From the NCBI GenBank assembly GCA_014905635.1, contig JABVCE010000029.1, positions 372,001 to 436,000 of the forward strand: DNA of 64,000 nt, in the 5' to 3' direction. The position numbers and the translations under genes are program-made. How positions within the stretch are numbered: the stretch's first letter is position 1; every line of letters starts with the position of its first letter. The notes beneath the pieces are model-generated. The model worked only from the letters and a program-made list of their open reading frames with translations. It was not told where the DNA came from and did not search any database. Origin of the DNA: Scenedesmus sp. PABB004 (Eukaryota). Positions 1 to 11,383 of this stretch are shown here, in pieces.

Positions 1-289
1 GCGGCGCCGCTGCTGCTGCGACTGCTGCGCCGCACCAGGTTGAGCTTGATGTCGTCGAGCGCCTCGCACTGCGTGAGGTTGTTGTAGTCCGGCACCGTCA
101 GCAGGCCCGACTTGTGCCCCCGCACGATCGCCTCTGCGCGCGGCGCGGCGCGGCACGGCGGAGCAGCAGACGTCGGCGCCGCGCGGTGCGCTCCGCCGCG
201 GGCCCGGCGCGCCGCCGCGGGCCCCGGATCTGCGGCCCACCTAGGTAGCCGTCCTTGATGTTGAAGTAGAGCTGCTCCCAGCCCCACAT
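1..289 (-). CDS. VHA-d: V-type H+-ATPase subunit d (V0), 5' part; runs off the window start
   Basis: Exon 289-241 (MWGWEQLYFNIKDGYL) joined across a GT-AG intron to exon 133-36 (EAIVRGHKSGLLTVPDYNNLTQCEALDDIKLNL), the conserved N-terminus of subunit d. Confidence 0.95.
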
Positions 290-1087
290 GGCGCCGGGCC
301 GGGCGCCCGAGCGGGCCCGAGCACGCCTGGCGCCCGGATCCGGGCCGGAGCGGGTCGCGCCGCGCGCGTGGAGAACGCTGCTGGCGTTGCGGACAGCCCG
401 GAGCCGCGTCCCGGGCGCGAGCGGCGCGGGGCACGCGCGGGCGGGGGCGCCTAGATGGCCTGCGCTCGCGGGTCGAGGACGGCGCGGGGAGGGTGGGCGG
501 TCGGTCCGGATGTGTGCCGGCGGGAGCGGCGGGCGTTGTGGAGGAGCGGGCGCACTCGGCGGCGGCGCGCGCTGCAGCGGCGGCGGCGCAGCGCGGGGCC
601 GCAACCCTAGCGCCGCCCGCGGGTGCCGCCGTCGATCGGCGGTGGCGGCGTGCAGAGTGGGAGCTCGCTGGGCCACCACCACCGCCGGTGAATTAAGAGG
701 TGGGCGAGCGTGCGCAAGAGCAGAGAGCAGCGGGGCGCCTGGCTGCGCCGCCGACCAGCGCGCGCTCGGTCTGCCGCCGCCTCTGCCAGCGGTCGCCTCC
801 CCCGACCCTCCAGCGCTGCCCCACGGCTGTGCCAGGCGCTAGCCGGCAGCTTTGCGCACACTGCCGGCCGGCCGCCGCGCGCGACGGCCCGGCCGGTCAG
901 AGCGCGCCGCCCGAACCCCGCTGGTCGGCTGCGCGCCGGCGCGCCGCCGCCGCCGCCGCAGGCCCGCCAGACCGGCCTGGCCCCGCCCGGTCCTCACCCC
1001 CTCGCCGCAGGCCTCACCACATCACGGCGAGCGGCCGTCGTTGGCCCCCCGCCCCCGGCTGTCTGTGCCGCCGCCGCTTGGCGCCCG

Positions 1088-3057
1088 ATGCTGCTCGCCC
1101 GCGCCACCGCCGCGCCCCTGGCGGCCCGTCACCATGCCTCTGGGACTGCTCTCGCCCCGCCACGACCGGCGCCGGCGTGGCTGGGCCGCCGGGCGCTGAG
1201 CTGCGGTGGGTGCTGCGCCGCGCGGCCATCAGCGGGCCCCCAGCGCGCGTGCGGCGCGCGGGCCAGCCCGGCAGCGCGTCGGCGGGCGGCTCGTAGCATT
1301 CTGTTTTTGTGGCGATACGCGCCAGACCCGGCCGCGCGCCCGGCAGCATGCTGGCCGCCCGGCAGCGCACGCCGCTGCCGCCTGGGCCGCGCCGCCCTCG
1401 CCTCACCCCACTGAGCCTGCTGCTGCTGCCCTGCTGTGTAAGCAGCCTCAACTGCGCCCCGGCGCGACGGCAGCGGCGGCGGCCGTGGCGGCGGCTGGAG
1501 CAGCGCGCGGGCGCCGCGGGAGCGCATCGACGCCAGGGAGGCGCCGCAGAGCACGGTGCGGCGCCGCAGACTGCTGTGGGCTGGGCGCAGCCACTCGCAG
1601 GGCCACGACACTAACCTGATGTACCCGCCGTGCAGGCCTCACCTCTGGCCAAGACCATCGGCATCATGATCCGCGACGTTGAGAGCCTGCCGGAGCTGGA
1701 GGGTGTGCTGCAGGAGTGGGGCGGCAGCTTTGACGCCGTCCACGCGGCGGCGGCCTTCGCCAAGGCAGCCAAGATGGCGGGGCGGCAGCCCGCAGATGTC
1801 AGGGACCTGCTGGCACGCCTGGCGCCACTGTGGGGGGCGCTGGAGCCTGGCTGGACGGTGCAGGGCATGGCCAACGTGCTGTGGGCGGCCGGCAAGGTGG
1901 GCTGCGCTGACGACCGCCTGTGGAGCGGCACGCTGGCGGCGTGCCTTGACACTCTCGGACAGGCCAACGACCAAGACATGGCCAACGTGGTGTACGGGCT
2001 GTCTGCGGTTGCCGCTGCCAACAGGGGCGCTGTGCCGGGCGTGCCGCGGCCGGAGCTGCAGGCGGCGGTGGCAGCGCTGGTGGAGCGGCTGTGGATCCTG
2101 GCGACCAGCCCGGACGGCGTGGACCCTCAAGCCATCTCGACCACCTTTCTTGGCTGCGCCAGGCTGCGACTCAACCCGGGCGACGCCCAGGTGTCCGGCC
2201 TGCTGCAGGCGCTCGCACGGCCAGCAATGTTGGGGCGTGCGAAGCCCCAGGAACTGGCCAACGTGCTGTGGGCGGCGAGCGAGCTGCAGCTGCGCTGCGG
2301 CTGGCGGCCAACGGTCAGGGAGGCGGCCTGGCGGCAGCTGCTGGGCGAAGGGGGGCTCGAGCGCGTGGGGGGTGGCGACTCGCCTCAGCAAGTGTCCAAC
2401 GCCGCCCTGGCGCTGGCGCGGCTGGTGACGGCGGAGCCGCCGGCCATCAGCCGTGAGCTGGCGACCGAGGGCGTGCAGCGGCAGCTGGAGGGCGCAGTGG
2501 CGCAACAGCTGGGTGAGTGGAATGCATTCGATGTCAGCAACACACTCTGGGCGTGCGCGGAGCTGGGCCTGAGAGAGCAGGGCTTTACGCAGCGCGCAGC
2601 GGACGCAGCGCCGGGCTGGCTGCCTGGCGCCGCACCACCTGCACTCAACCAAGCTACCTGGGCGTGCGGCACGCTGCGCTTTGAGCACCCCCAGCTGCTG
2701 GCGGCGCTGGTGGCGCGTGCGCAGCAGCTGCTGGCGCCGGGCGGTGGCGGCAGGCGGCCGACCCTAGCAGAAGCTGCGCGGGTTGCGTCCACGGTGGGCT
2801 GGGCCGTGGCGGTGCTGGACCAGGTGCAGCTGGCGGAGGGCGCGCGGGGCCTGGTCGTGGCGAGCGGGGCGCAGCGGCTGGGCACTGAGCTCCACTATGC
2901 AGCGGCTGAACACCTGTGGGTGCACGCCTGGCTGGTGCGCCGTGGCCTGCTGGACGGCCGCGGCCTGGCAGGCGCGCTGAGCGCCGCCCAGCTGGCGGCG
3001 TGCGAGGCGGCGGCGGCGCGCAGCGACCCCGCCGCGCTGCTGCTGGGCGGCGAGTGA
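1088..3057 (+). CDS. Octotricopeptide-repeat (OPR)-type organellar RNA-binding protein, spliced; start uncertain
   Basis: Long terminal exon 1636-3057 after a ctaac...cag acceptor, with repeated motifs VQGMANVLWA, DQDMANVVYG, PQELANVLWA, PQQVSNAALA, AFDVSNTLWA, PPALNQATWA. Probable upstream exon about 1445-1555 and a transit-peptide-like ATG at 1088 (tentative). Confidence 0.7.
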
Positions 3058-3433
3058 GCGGCGTGCGCGTGGCGTGAGGTTGAGGGAGGCGAAGCGTGGT
3101 GTGGGGCGGCGGCCGGCGCTTGCCGCGTGTGGTGGAGCGGTGCACGCCGGCGTGCGGCCGCCGGCGCGGGTGCTCGGCTGCGCCCTGCCGCGCGAACCTC
3201 GCCACGTGACGGCCCTCGCAACGCCCCCGCACCACCCCGGCCGCCGCCGGCCCGTCAGACGCAGTGACCGACCGGCCCCCTCGCGCCAGCGCTCTCCACG
3301 CCGAGCCCGCCCCTGCCACGCGGCCGCAGCGGCCTCGGCGGCGATCCGCGATCGGCGTCTGCGATCGCTGCTGCCGGTGCCGCCGCTCGCGCCTGCCAGT
3401 CACGCCCGTGTCACCCTGCCTCCCGACCGCATC

Positions 3434-5833
3434 ATGCGGTCGTTCTGGCGGCCCGCCGCGACCGTGCAAGGCCCCGGCCAGCGGCGCGGCACGGCAGCAG
3501 CGCTGCCGGTGACGGTGCTGCAGCGCCGCCGCGGCGCGCCCGCCGGCGCCGGCGCGCGCCCAGCGCGACGGCTGCAGGCCTGTGTAGCTGCCGCGGCGGC
3601 GGCGGCGCCCGTGGCGGCGCCCGACGGACCGGCGCCGCTCGTGCTGGGGCGGCACCTGATGCTGTCGGACTTCTTCACCTCTGGCGCTGGCCCGCTGCAG
3701 ACGGCGGCGTGGCAGGTGGTGCTGGACGTGCTGCTGCCGCTCGTGGCGATCGCCGGCGTGCAAGTCGTGCTGGGGCGCGCCGTGGAGCGCGCGCGCGCGG
3801 CGCTCGACGCGCGCGTCGCGGGCGAGGAGGGCGACGTCGGCGCCGAGCTGCGCCGCCGGTCGACGCTCGCGGCGATCGCCGCGCTCGCGCTGGGCGCGCC
3901 CGCGCGCGCGCTGCTGCCGCCGCTGCTTGTCGCGCACACGCTGCACGCGGTGCTGCGCGTGCTCGCGCTGCCGGCGCGATGCGGCTGGGCGGCCGCGGCC
4001 GACGCCGCGCTGCAGCGCGGCCTGCACGTCGGCGAGCTGGCCTTTGTCACCTGGTTCCTGATCGCGCTCAAAGACGTCGTGGTGCGTGACCTGATCCTCG
4101 TGCGCGCGATGCGCGAGGGCCGCAAGGAGCTCGAGCGCGTGTGAGTTGTTCGCGCACGGGCGGCGGCGCTGCGCGGCGCGTGCGGGCGCGCGTCGACGCT
4201 CGCCGCGCGCCGCGCCGCCGTGGCCGCGACCGCGTCCGCAGCTACGTGCCGCTCAACAGCCTCGTGACGTGGGCGGCGGTGCTCGGGTGCTGCCTCTACG
4301 CGGCGACCTCGCTCGGCGTCGCGCTGCAGCCGCTGCTCGCCGTCGGCGGCGCCGGGGGGATCGCGGCGGGCTTTGCCAGCCAACAGATACTAACCAACAT
4401 CGTCAGCGGCGTCAACATCTTCCTCACACGCCCCTTTGTCGTGGGGGACCAGGTAGGCGTGCGGCAGGGTCACATCCGCGCGGCCGGGCGCCACACGCGC
4501 GCGCGCGCGCGCTCACTCTGCCCGCGCCCGCGCGGCGCCGACGCGCCCGCCCGCCCGGCGCCGACGCGCCCGCCCGCCCGGCGCCGACGCGCCCGCCGCC
4601 GGCGGCGCCGCCCCGCCCGCCCGCCCCGCCAGGTGCAGTTTGCGGGCGCGCCCGGCACGTCTGCCATCGAGGGCACGGTCGCGTCGGTCGAGATCCTCCG
4701 CACGCTCGTCTGCAACAGCGAAGGCGCGCGCCGCCCCGCCGGCGCCGCGCCGCGCCGCCGCCCCAGCTCGCCCGCGCCAGGAGGGCCTGAGCTGAGCGCC
4801 CGCCCGCCCTCCTCGCTCGCTCGCAGGCACGCTCGTCGCGGTGCCCAACAAGCTCGTGGCGGAGCTCGTGATCTTCAACCGCACGCGCAGCCTCGCGCAC
4901 ACCGAGCCGGGCGAGCCCGGCGGCGGCGGCGCCGCGACGGCGGCGCCGCAGCGGCGCGTGCTGTGCTTCCACATCGAGCTGCCGCGAGAGCTCGAGCCGC
5001 AGCTCGACGACGTGCGCGCCGACGTGAGCGCGTTCCTGGAGGACGTGACGCAGCAGCAGCTGCGCGACAGCGGACTCATTCCCAGCCACGACGAGGCCGA
5101 CGAGGGCGGCGAGGGCGGCGAGGGCGAGGACGACGGCGAGCAGCGGCGCTCGCCGATACTCAAGGCGCTCGCGCGCGCGGTCTCGGGCTCGCCGCAGGCG
5201 ACCGACAGCGAGGACGAGGGCGAGGGCGAGGCCGGCGGCAGCGACGCAGCGGCGGATGAGGCCGCGCTGGAGGCGGCCGCGGCGAGCGCGGCGGCGGAGG
5301 CCGCCGCGCCCCAGCCCAACCCCGTCGCGGCGGCGGTGGCCGCGACGGTCAGCTCGGTCAGCTCGGCCGTCGCGAGCGTGAGCGGCTCGCCGGCGCCGGC
5401 GCAGGCGGGCGGCGAGGCAGGCCGCAGCCGCGGCGCCAAGGGCGGCAAGGGCCAGGCCTCCGCCTCGGGCGACGACGACGCCGGCGCGGGCGCGGAGGAG
5501 GCCGCCGACCCCAAGCCCAACCCCGTCGCGGCGGCGGTGGCCGCGGCGGTCAGCTCCGCCGTCGCGGTCGTGAGCGGCTCGCCGACGCCGGGCGGCGAGG
5601 GCCAGGCCTCCTCGGACGGCGACGACGCCGGCGCGGCGCCGGGCAGCCCCGCGCTGGTCGTGCGCATCGCGCTGAGCCGCCTCAGCCGTGACTGCCTCGT
5701 GCTGTTCGTCCGGTGCGAGATGCTGCTCCCGGCCACGCTCGGCGCCGACGCCGAGGAGCGCCAGGTCGAGGCGGTGCTGATGGGCGTGTCGCAGCTCGTG
5801 CGCGAGCGTTATAACGGCACACTGCTGTGGTGA
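3434..5833 (+). CDS. MscS-like mechanosensitive ion channel, probably organellar; 4 exons
   Basis: Exons 3434-4140, 4242-4452, 4633-4723 and 4827-5833 give GGAGGIAAGFASQQILTNIVSGVNIFLTRPFVVGDQV...EGTVASVEILRT...EGTLVAVPNK, the MscS TM3/beta-domain signature. TGTAA at 5963. Confidence 0.88.
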
Positions 5834-6012
5834 GCGGCGGCCGGGTGACGCGACGCGGCAGCACGGGTGCAGCGTGAACCGGCGGCGGCGCGAGGTTTGG
5901 GCGTCCTTCGGGCAGCGGCGCGCTGCACGTTAACCCCGCCGCCGCGGTCGGTCGGTCGGCGCTGTAACCGCGGCGCCCTCCTCCCCTGCGCGCGCGCTCG
6001 CGGCGCCGTCCG

Positions 6013-8543
6013 TCACTTTCGGCCCTTGCCCTTGGGCCGCGCCGGCAGGTTGGGGCGCGCGGGGCCCTTGGCCTTCTCTGGCTCCTCGCCGCGGTCCGCC
6101 TTGGCGGCGCGGTCGAGCGCCTCGTCCACCTTGCCCGCGCCCTGGCTGCCCTTGACCGTCTCCTGCGCGCGGCGACGCGGCGACGGGGGCGGAGCGGGGC
6201 GCGCGGGCAGGTCGGCGGCCGTGGCGCCGCCGGCCGCAGCAGCGCGCGCGCCGCGCGCCGCGCGCCGGGGGCGCGGCGGGGCCCGCGCGCAGGCCGCGCG
6301 CGCCTGGCGGTCGCGGCGGCGGCGCTGCTTCTTCTTGGCGTCGCTGCGCTGCCACTTGGGCAGCCAGCGCTCCGGGTCGGGCGGGGGCAGGCCGCCGTTG
6401 GGCTTGGTGGGGTCGTAGCCCTGGGGGTAGCGGGGCTTGCGCTTCTTGCGCGTCTTCTTCTGCGAGGAGGGAGGGACCGAGGGACGACGCAGGGAGGGAG
6501 GGGGCGTGAGCGAGCCCGCAGGCGGCACTTGCACCGAGCCTGCGCTGCCTGGGCGCAGCAGGTGCAGCGCGTGCCGCGCACGCGCAGGGCACTTGCGCGC
6601 GCACCCGCTGCCGCTCCGCGTCGCCCTCGGGCTCGTCCGCCTCGCGCTTGCGCGACGCCGCCGGCTCCTCGCGGCGCCGCGTGCTGGCCATCGCGCGCGC
6701 CGAGTCCTCCAGCGCGTCCAGGTCCAGCCCGGCGCCGAGGTTGGCAAACGAGGCTGCGCGGCGACGCGTGCGCGCGCGGGTCAGGTCGGGGCGCGGCGAC
6801 GCGGCAGGCGTTGAGGCGCGCGTCCGGGCGAGCGCACCCCCCCCCCCAAACATAAACACACACACACGCACGCGCGCGCGCACCTGGCAGCTGCTTCTGC
6901 AGGGCCGCGATCGCCCCCGCGTCGCCGGCGGCCGCCGCGGCGCGTGCGAGCTTGGCGAGCGCGCCCGCGCTGGTGGAGCCGCCGGGGCCGCCCATCGTGG
7001 TGAGCTGCTGGTACAGCGCCATCGCGTCGCTGGCCGCGCCCTGGCAGGCAGACGAGCGGGGGTGGTGGGTGGTGGTGGTGGGTGGGTGGTCTGAGGCAGT
7101 CGGCGGGCCGCCGCGCGCCGCGGCGCTGTGGTGTGGCCGCGCGCGCCGTGGCGCAGCGCCGCGCCGCGCCGCGCGTCAGCACACCTGCGCCAGCTTGAGC
7201 GCGACGAGGCGCTGGAGGCACCAGCCCACGCCCGCCGCCGCGGCGGCGTCGCCCTTGGCGGCGCCCTGATAGTGGCGCAGGGCGGACTGCAGCAGCGCCT
7301 CGGCGCCCGCGACGTCGCCGGTCTGCTCGTGCAGCGCCGCGCGCGTCGCGACCACGCCCGGCCGCAGCGCGAGGTCGCCCGGCAGGCCGCTGCCGAGCAG
7401 CTGCAGCGCGTGCGCCGCGTTGCCCGCCTCCAGCGCGAGCTGCGCGCGCAGCAGCACCGGCCGCGCCGCCGCGGCGGGGTCGTCCCCCGCGTCGGCGAGC
7501 GGCGCGCAGCCCGCCAGCAGCTTGTCGGCCTCGGCCGCCTGCGGCGCGCGCGCAGGGGTGTGGGCGCGCACAGCGCCGCTCGCAGCACCGGTCCCCTGGC
7601 GCCCCGCCCGCCCCCGCGCCGCGCGTCCCACCTTGCCCGCCTTGGCCAGCAGCGCTGCCTGCAGCATCGTCACCGGCACGCTGCCGGGGTAAGCCGCCGC
7701 CAGCTGCGCCGCCAGCTGCTTCGCCTGGTCCGTCTTGCCTGCGCGGCGGCGGCGCGGCGCGGCGTGGGCGACGGGACAGGCTCGGCGCCGCACCACAAAC
7801 AGGGGGCGCCGGAGGCCCCGAGGCGCCCTGCTGCGTTCAGGCTCTGCGTTCAAGCCGTCACAGCGCTGCGCCCCGCTGCACCCCGCCGTGCCCCCCCCCA
7901 CCCGACATGAGGTAGAGCAGCGCGCGGTTGAGGTGCAGCAGCTGCTGCTGCGGCGCGCTCAGCCGCGTCGCGAGCTCCGGCTCGAGTGCGAGCCCTGGGC
8001 TGGTGCTGCCTTTGTCCGCGAGCAGCGACTCGAGCTTGCGGATGGAGCGGGCAAAGAAGCCCTTGGCCGACGCGTCTGCGCGCGCGGCGGCGGCAGCGGC
8101 ACGCGCGCGCGCGGTCAGCTCGGCGCGCGCGCGCGCGCGGCGGCGTGCGGCGGCGCGCGGGGATGTCCACGCGCGCCGCACCCGTCGCGTGGCTCGCGAC
8201 CGCCCAGTTGTTGGCGGCCAGCGCGGCGACCTCGCGCGCGGGGATGTCCCCGGCGACGAGCGGCTGCAGGCGGTCGAGCGCCTTGGCCGGCCGGCCCGTG
8301 GTGAGCAGGAGGAACGCGAGCAGCACCGTCAGCGGCGCCAGCTCAGCCAGCACCTCCTCCTCAGTGAACTCCTCGTCAAACAGCGCCTCCTCGCCTGACG
8401 ACCCCCGGCGCGGCGGGGCGCGGCGGGGAGCGGCGGCGCGCAAACGCGTTGGGGCGCGGCGGCGCCCGGTGGCGGCCCAGGCGCGCCACCCGCCTGCCAC
8501 CCCGGGAACCCCCTCCCCCCTTGCGAGCCAGCGGCCCCCGGGG

Positions 8544-8574
<31 letters not shown>

Positions 8575-9185
8575 GCTGCCGCTTGCGCCGCCGCATCGCG
8601 CCGCGCACCCTGCTTGTACGCCGCCTTGACCGCCGTCTCGGCGGCCTCGAGCTCGCCCAGCGACGCGAGGCCGACGGCGCGGTTGAAGCCGATCTCAAAG
8701 CTGTCGCGCGGCTTGACGCCGAGCGCCTTCATCAGCTCCGGCAGCTGCGCGGAGAGGCCCGCGCTGACGTAGGCGGCGAGCAGGTTGGTCTTCTGCTCCA
8801 TGCCGCTCAGCTGCGCGCGCGGTGCCGGCGCGGGGGCGCGGTGGGCGTGGCGGGCGCTCGACGGACGCCGCGCGGCGGCGCGCCGGCTGGCGCAGCGGCA
8901 GCAGCAGCAGCAGCGGCGGCGGGGGCCGCAGCGCGCACCTGGCCGGCCGCCTGCAGTTTGTTGACCGCGTCGACGCACTCCTGACCGCGGTCGAGCCTGA
9001 AGCACACCTGCGCCGCGAGCTGCAGCGCGCCGCTCGACTGCTCCTCCGGCACCGACGGCAGCAGCTTCAGCGCCTCGTCAAACTTGCCAAGCCGGTAGCA
9101 GGCGTACGCCTGCCCGGCGCGGCGGGGGCGGCGGCGGGGCGGTGCGCGGGCGCGTCGGCGCGGTCGCTGCCGCAGCCGCAGCCCG

Positions 9186-9224
<39 letters not shown>

Positions 9225-9591
9225 CGCACCCGCTCAAACTGCATCTTGCCGACGAGCGACTTGTGCGCCAGCACGCGCGCCGCGTCCTCGTACTCGCCCA
9301 GCTGCAGGTGCGCCACGACCTTGCACGCCAGCGCGTCGGCGTCGCCCGGCGCGAGCTTGAGGACTGCGCGGGCGCGGCGCCGGGCGGTTGGCGGCCGGCG
9401 CGCAGCAGCAGCAGCGGAGGCGGCGCGCCGGCCGCTGCCGCGCGCCCGCCGGCGCCGCGCGGCCGGCCGGCAGGCCTGCGGCATCGCTCACCGGCATCGG
9501 CGGCCTTCAGCACCTTGGCGTCCTGCCCCTGGTGCGTGTGCTGCGCGAGGCGCTCAAAGGCGAGCTCCAGCTCGCTCGGGGCCTCCGCCAT
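6013..9591 (-). CDS. SRP72: Signal recognition particle subunit SRP72, multi-exon
   Basis: N-terminal TPR region (DADALACKVVAHLQLGEYEDA, AYACYRLGKFDEAL) and the C-terminal RNA-binding motif KKRKPRYPQGYDPTKPNGGLPPPDPERWLPKWQRS, followed by GSQGAG. Confidence 0.95.
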
Positions 9592-9943
9592 CGCAGCGGC
9601 GAATGCGGCGGACACCGGATCGGGCGCCCCACGCACAGGCTCCGGCTGCGGGGCGGGCTGCGCGGCCTAGGGGCTAAGTGGGGCCCGATGCTGCTGATGG
9701 CGTGCGGGCGCGGCCCTGAGCGCGCGCTGCGGCTCTGCGGTCGCTGGATGCCCGCGCCAGAGGTGGCCTGATCGAGGCACGGCCGGGGCGCAGCGCCCTG
9801 AACCCAACTGACGGCGCGACGGCGGCGGCGCAACCGCTGCTGCCGCGGCCGCGCCTCGCGCCCAGAGCGTGCTGCCCCACCTCTGCCGACCCAGGAGCTG
9901 CTGTTGCCGCCATCAGCTGAGCACCCTCCGCCGCTGCCAACCG

Positions 9944-11316
9944 ATGCCGCCGCTCCCCGCGGCCGCGGCGTCGGCTGCGCAGCGTGCGCCGCCCGCGGCG
10001 CCGGCACAGCACCAGCAGCACCAGCAGCGGCGGCGCCGGCGACCACCCGCCGCCGCGCCGGCGCCGCAGCACCAGCTCCCAAACCAGCAGCTGCTGCGTT
10101 GGGAGCGGGACGGCTTCACGGTCAGCCGCGGCCTGCTGCCACGGGAGGCCCTCGAGCCCGTGCGCGACGCCGTGCAGCGCGTCGTCGCCGCGCGGCGGCT
10201 CGAGGCGCTGCGCCACCGGTGCGTGCGCGCGCGGCCGGCGGCGGCCGCGGCCCGCGCCGCACGCGCCCTCGCGCCCGCCCACGCCCCGCGGCATGCCCCC
10301 CCCCCTGCCGTCCCGCCCGCGCAGCGTGCGCGTGCTGTGCCCGGAGCACCCCGCGCCGGGCGCGATCGCGACGGAGGCCGAGGCGGAGCGCCTGATCGAC
10401 GCCTCGGCCCACGAGCTGGGGTTTCTGCAGTTCTTCAACCTCCACCGCACCGAGCCCGCCGTCGACGCGCTCGCGCGCAGCGCCGCGCTCGCGGGCGCGG
10501 CGGCGCAGCTGCTGGGCACGAAGCGCGTCAGGCTGTACCAGGCGCGCGCACGCGGCGGCGGGCGGCGGCGGGCGGCGCGGCGGCGGGCGGCGGCGGGCGG
10601 CCGCAGCATGCCAGCTCGCCGCGCCCCGCCCGCCCCCCGCAGGACGCCGTGTTCCTGAAGCAACCCGGCTACTCGGAGACCAACTGGCACAGTGACCTGC
10701 GCATGGCGCCGCTCGACGCCAACGCCTTTGTCACCGCCTGGCTGCCGCTGCGCGCGATCGGCGCGTCGGAGGGGCTCGTGTTTGCGGCGGGGAGCCACCG
10801 CGACATGGCCCTGACGTTCTGGCACGACTTGCGCGGCAGGGACCTGTCGGACCGCGGCTACCGGCTGCGCAGCACGGGTGCGCCGGCGGGGCTGGCGGGG
10901 GGCTGGCGCGCTGGCCTCGCGGCCAGGGCCGCGCGCCCTTCCCGCCGCGCGCGCGCCCCCACCGCACGCGCGCTGCGCCGCGCCGCGCCCCAGGCGCCAT
11001 GGACGTCGGCGACGTGAGCTGGCACCACGGCTGGGCGCTGCACGGCGCGCCGCCGCAGCCGCCCGGCACCGCGCCGCGGCTCGCGCTCGCGCTGAGCTTC
11101 TTTGCCGACGGCGCGCGCCTGCTGGCGCGGACGCGCGACCCCAGCGTGCACCAGCACATGCTGCACGATGAGGACGCTGAGTCGTACGCGCCCTGGCTGC
11201 ACGACCTGCGCGACGGCGCGCCCGCGCGGCACGCGCTGCTGCCGCTCGTCTGGCCGCCGGGCGGCGAGCGGAGCGGGGACGCCGGCGGCGCCGCGGCGAG
11301 CGAGCAGCGGAGTTAA
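9944..11316 (+). CDS. Phytanoyl-CoA dioxygenase (PhyH) family 2OG-Fe(II) oxygenase; start uncertain
   Basis: Spliced product has WERDGFTVSRGLL, LYQDAVFLKQPGYSETNWHSD (HxD), VTAWLPL, AAGSH and GDVSWHHGWALHGA. Confidence 0.85.
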
Positions 11317-11383
11317 CCGCGCCTCACGACGCCACGACGCCGGCAGCTGCGCCCCACGCCGCGTCGCCGCCTCTGGCTGCGCC

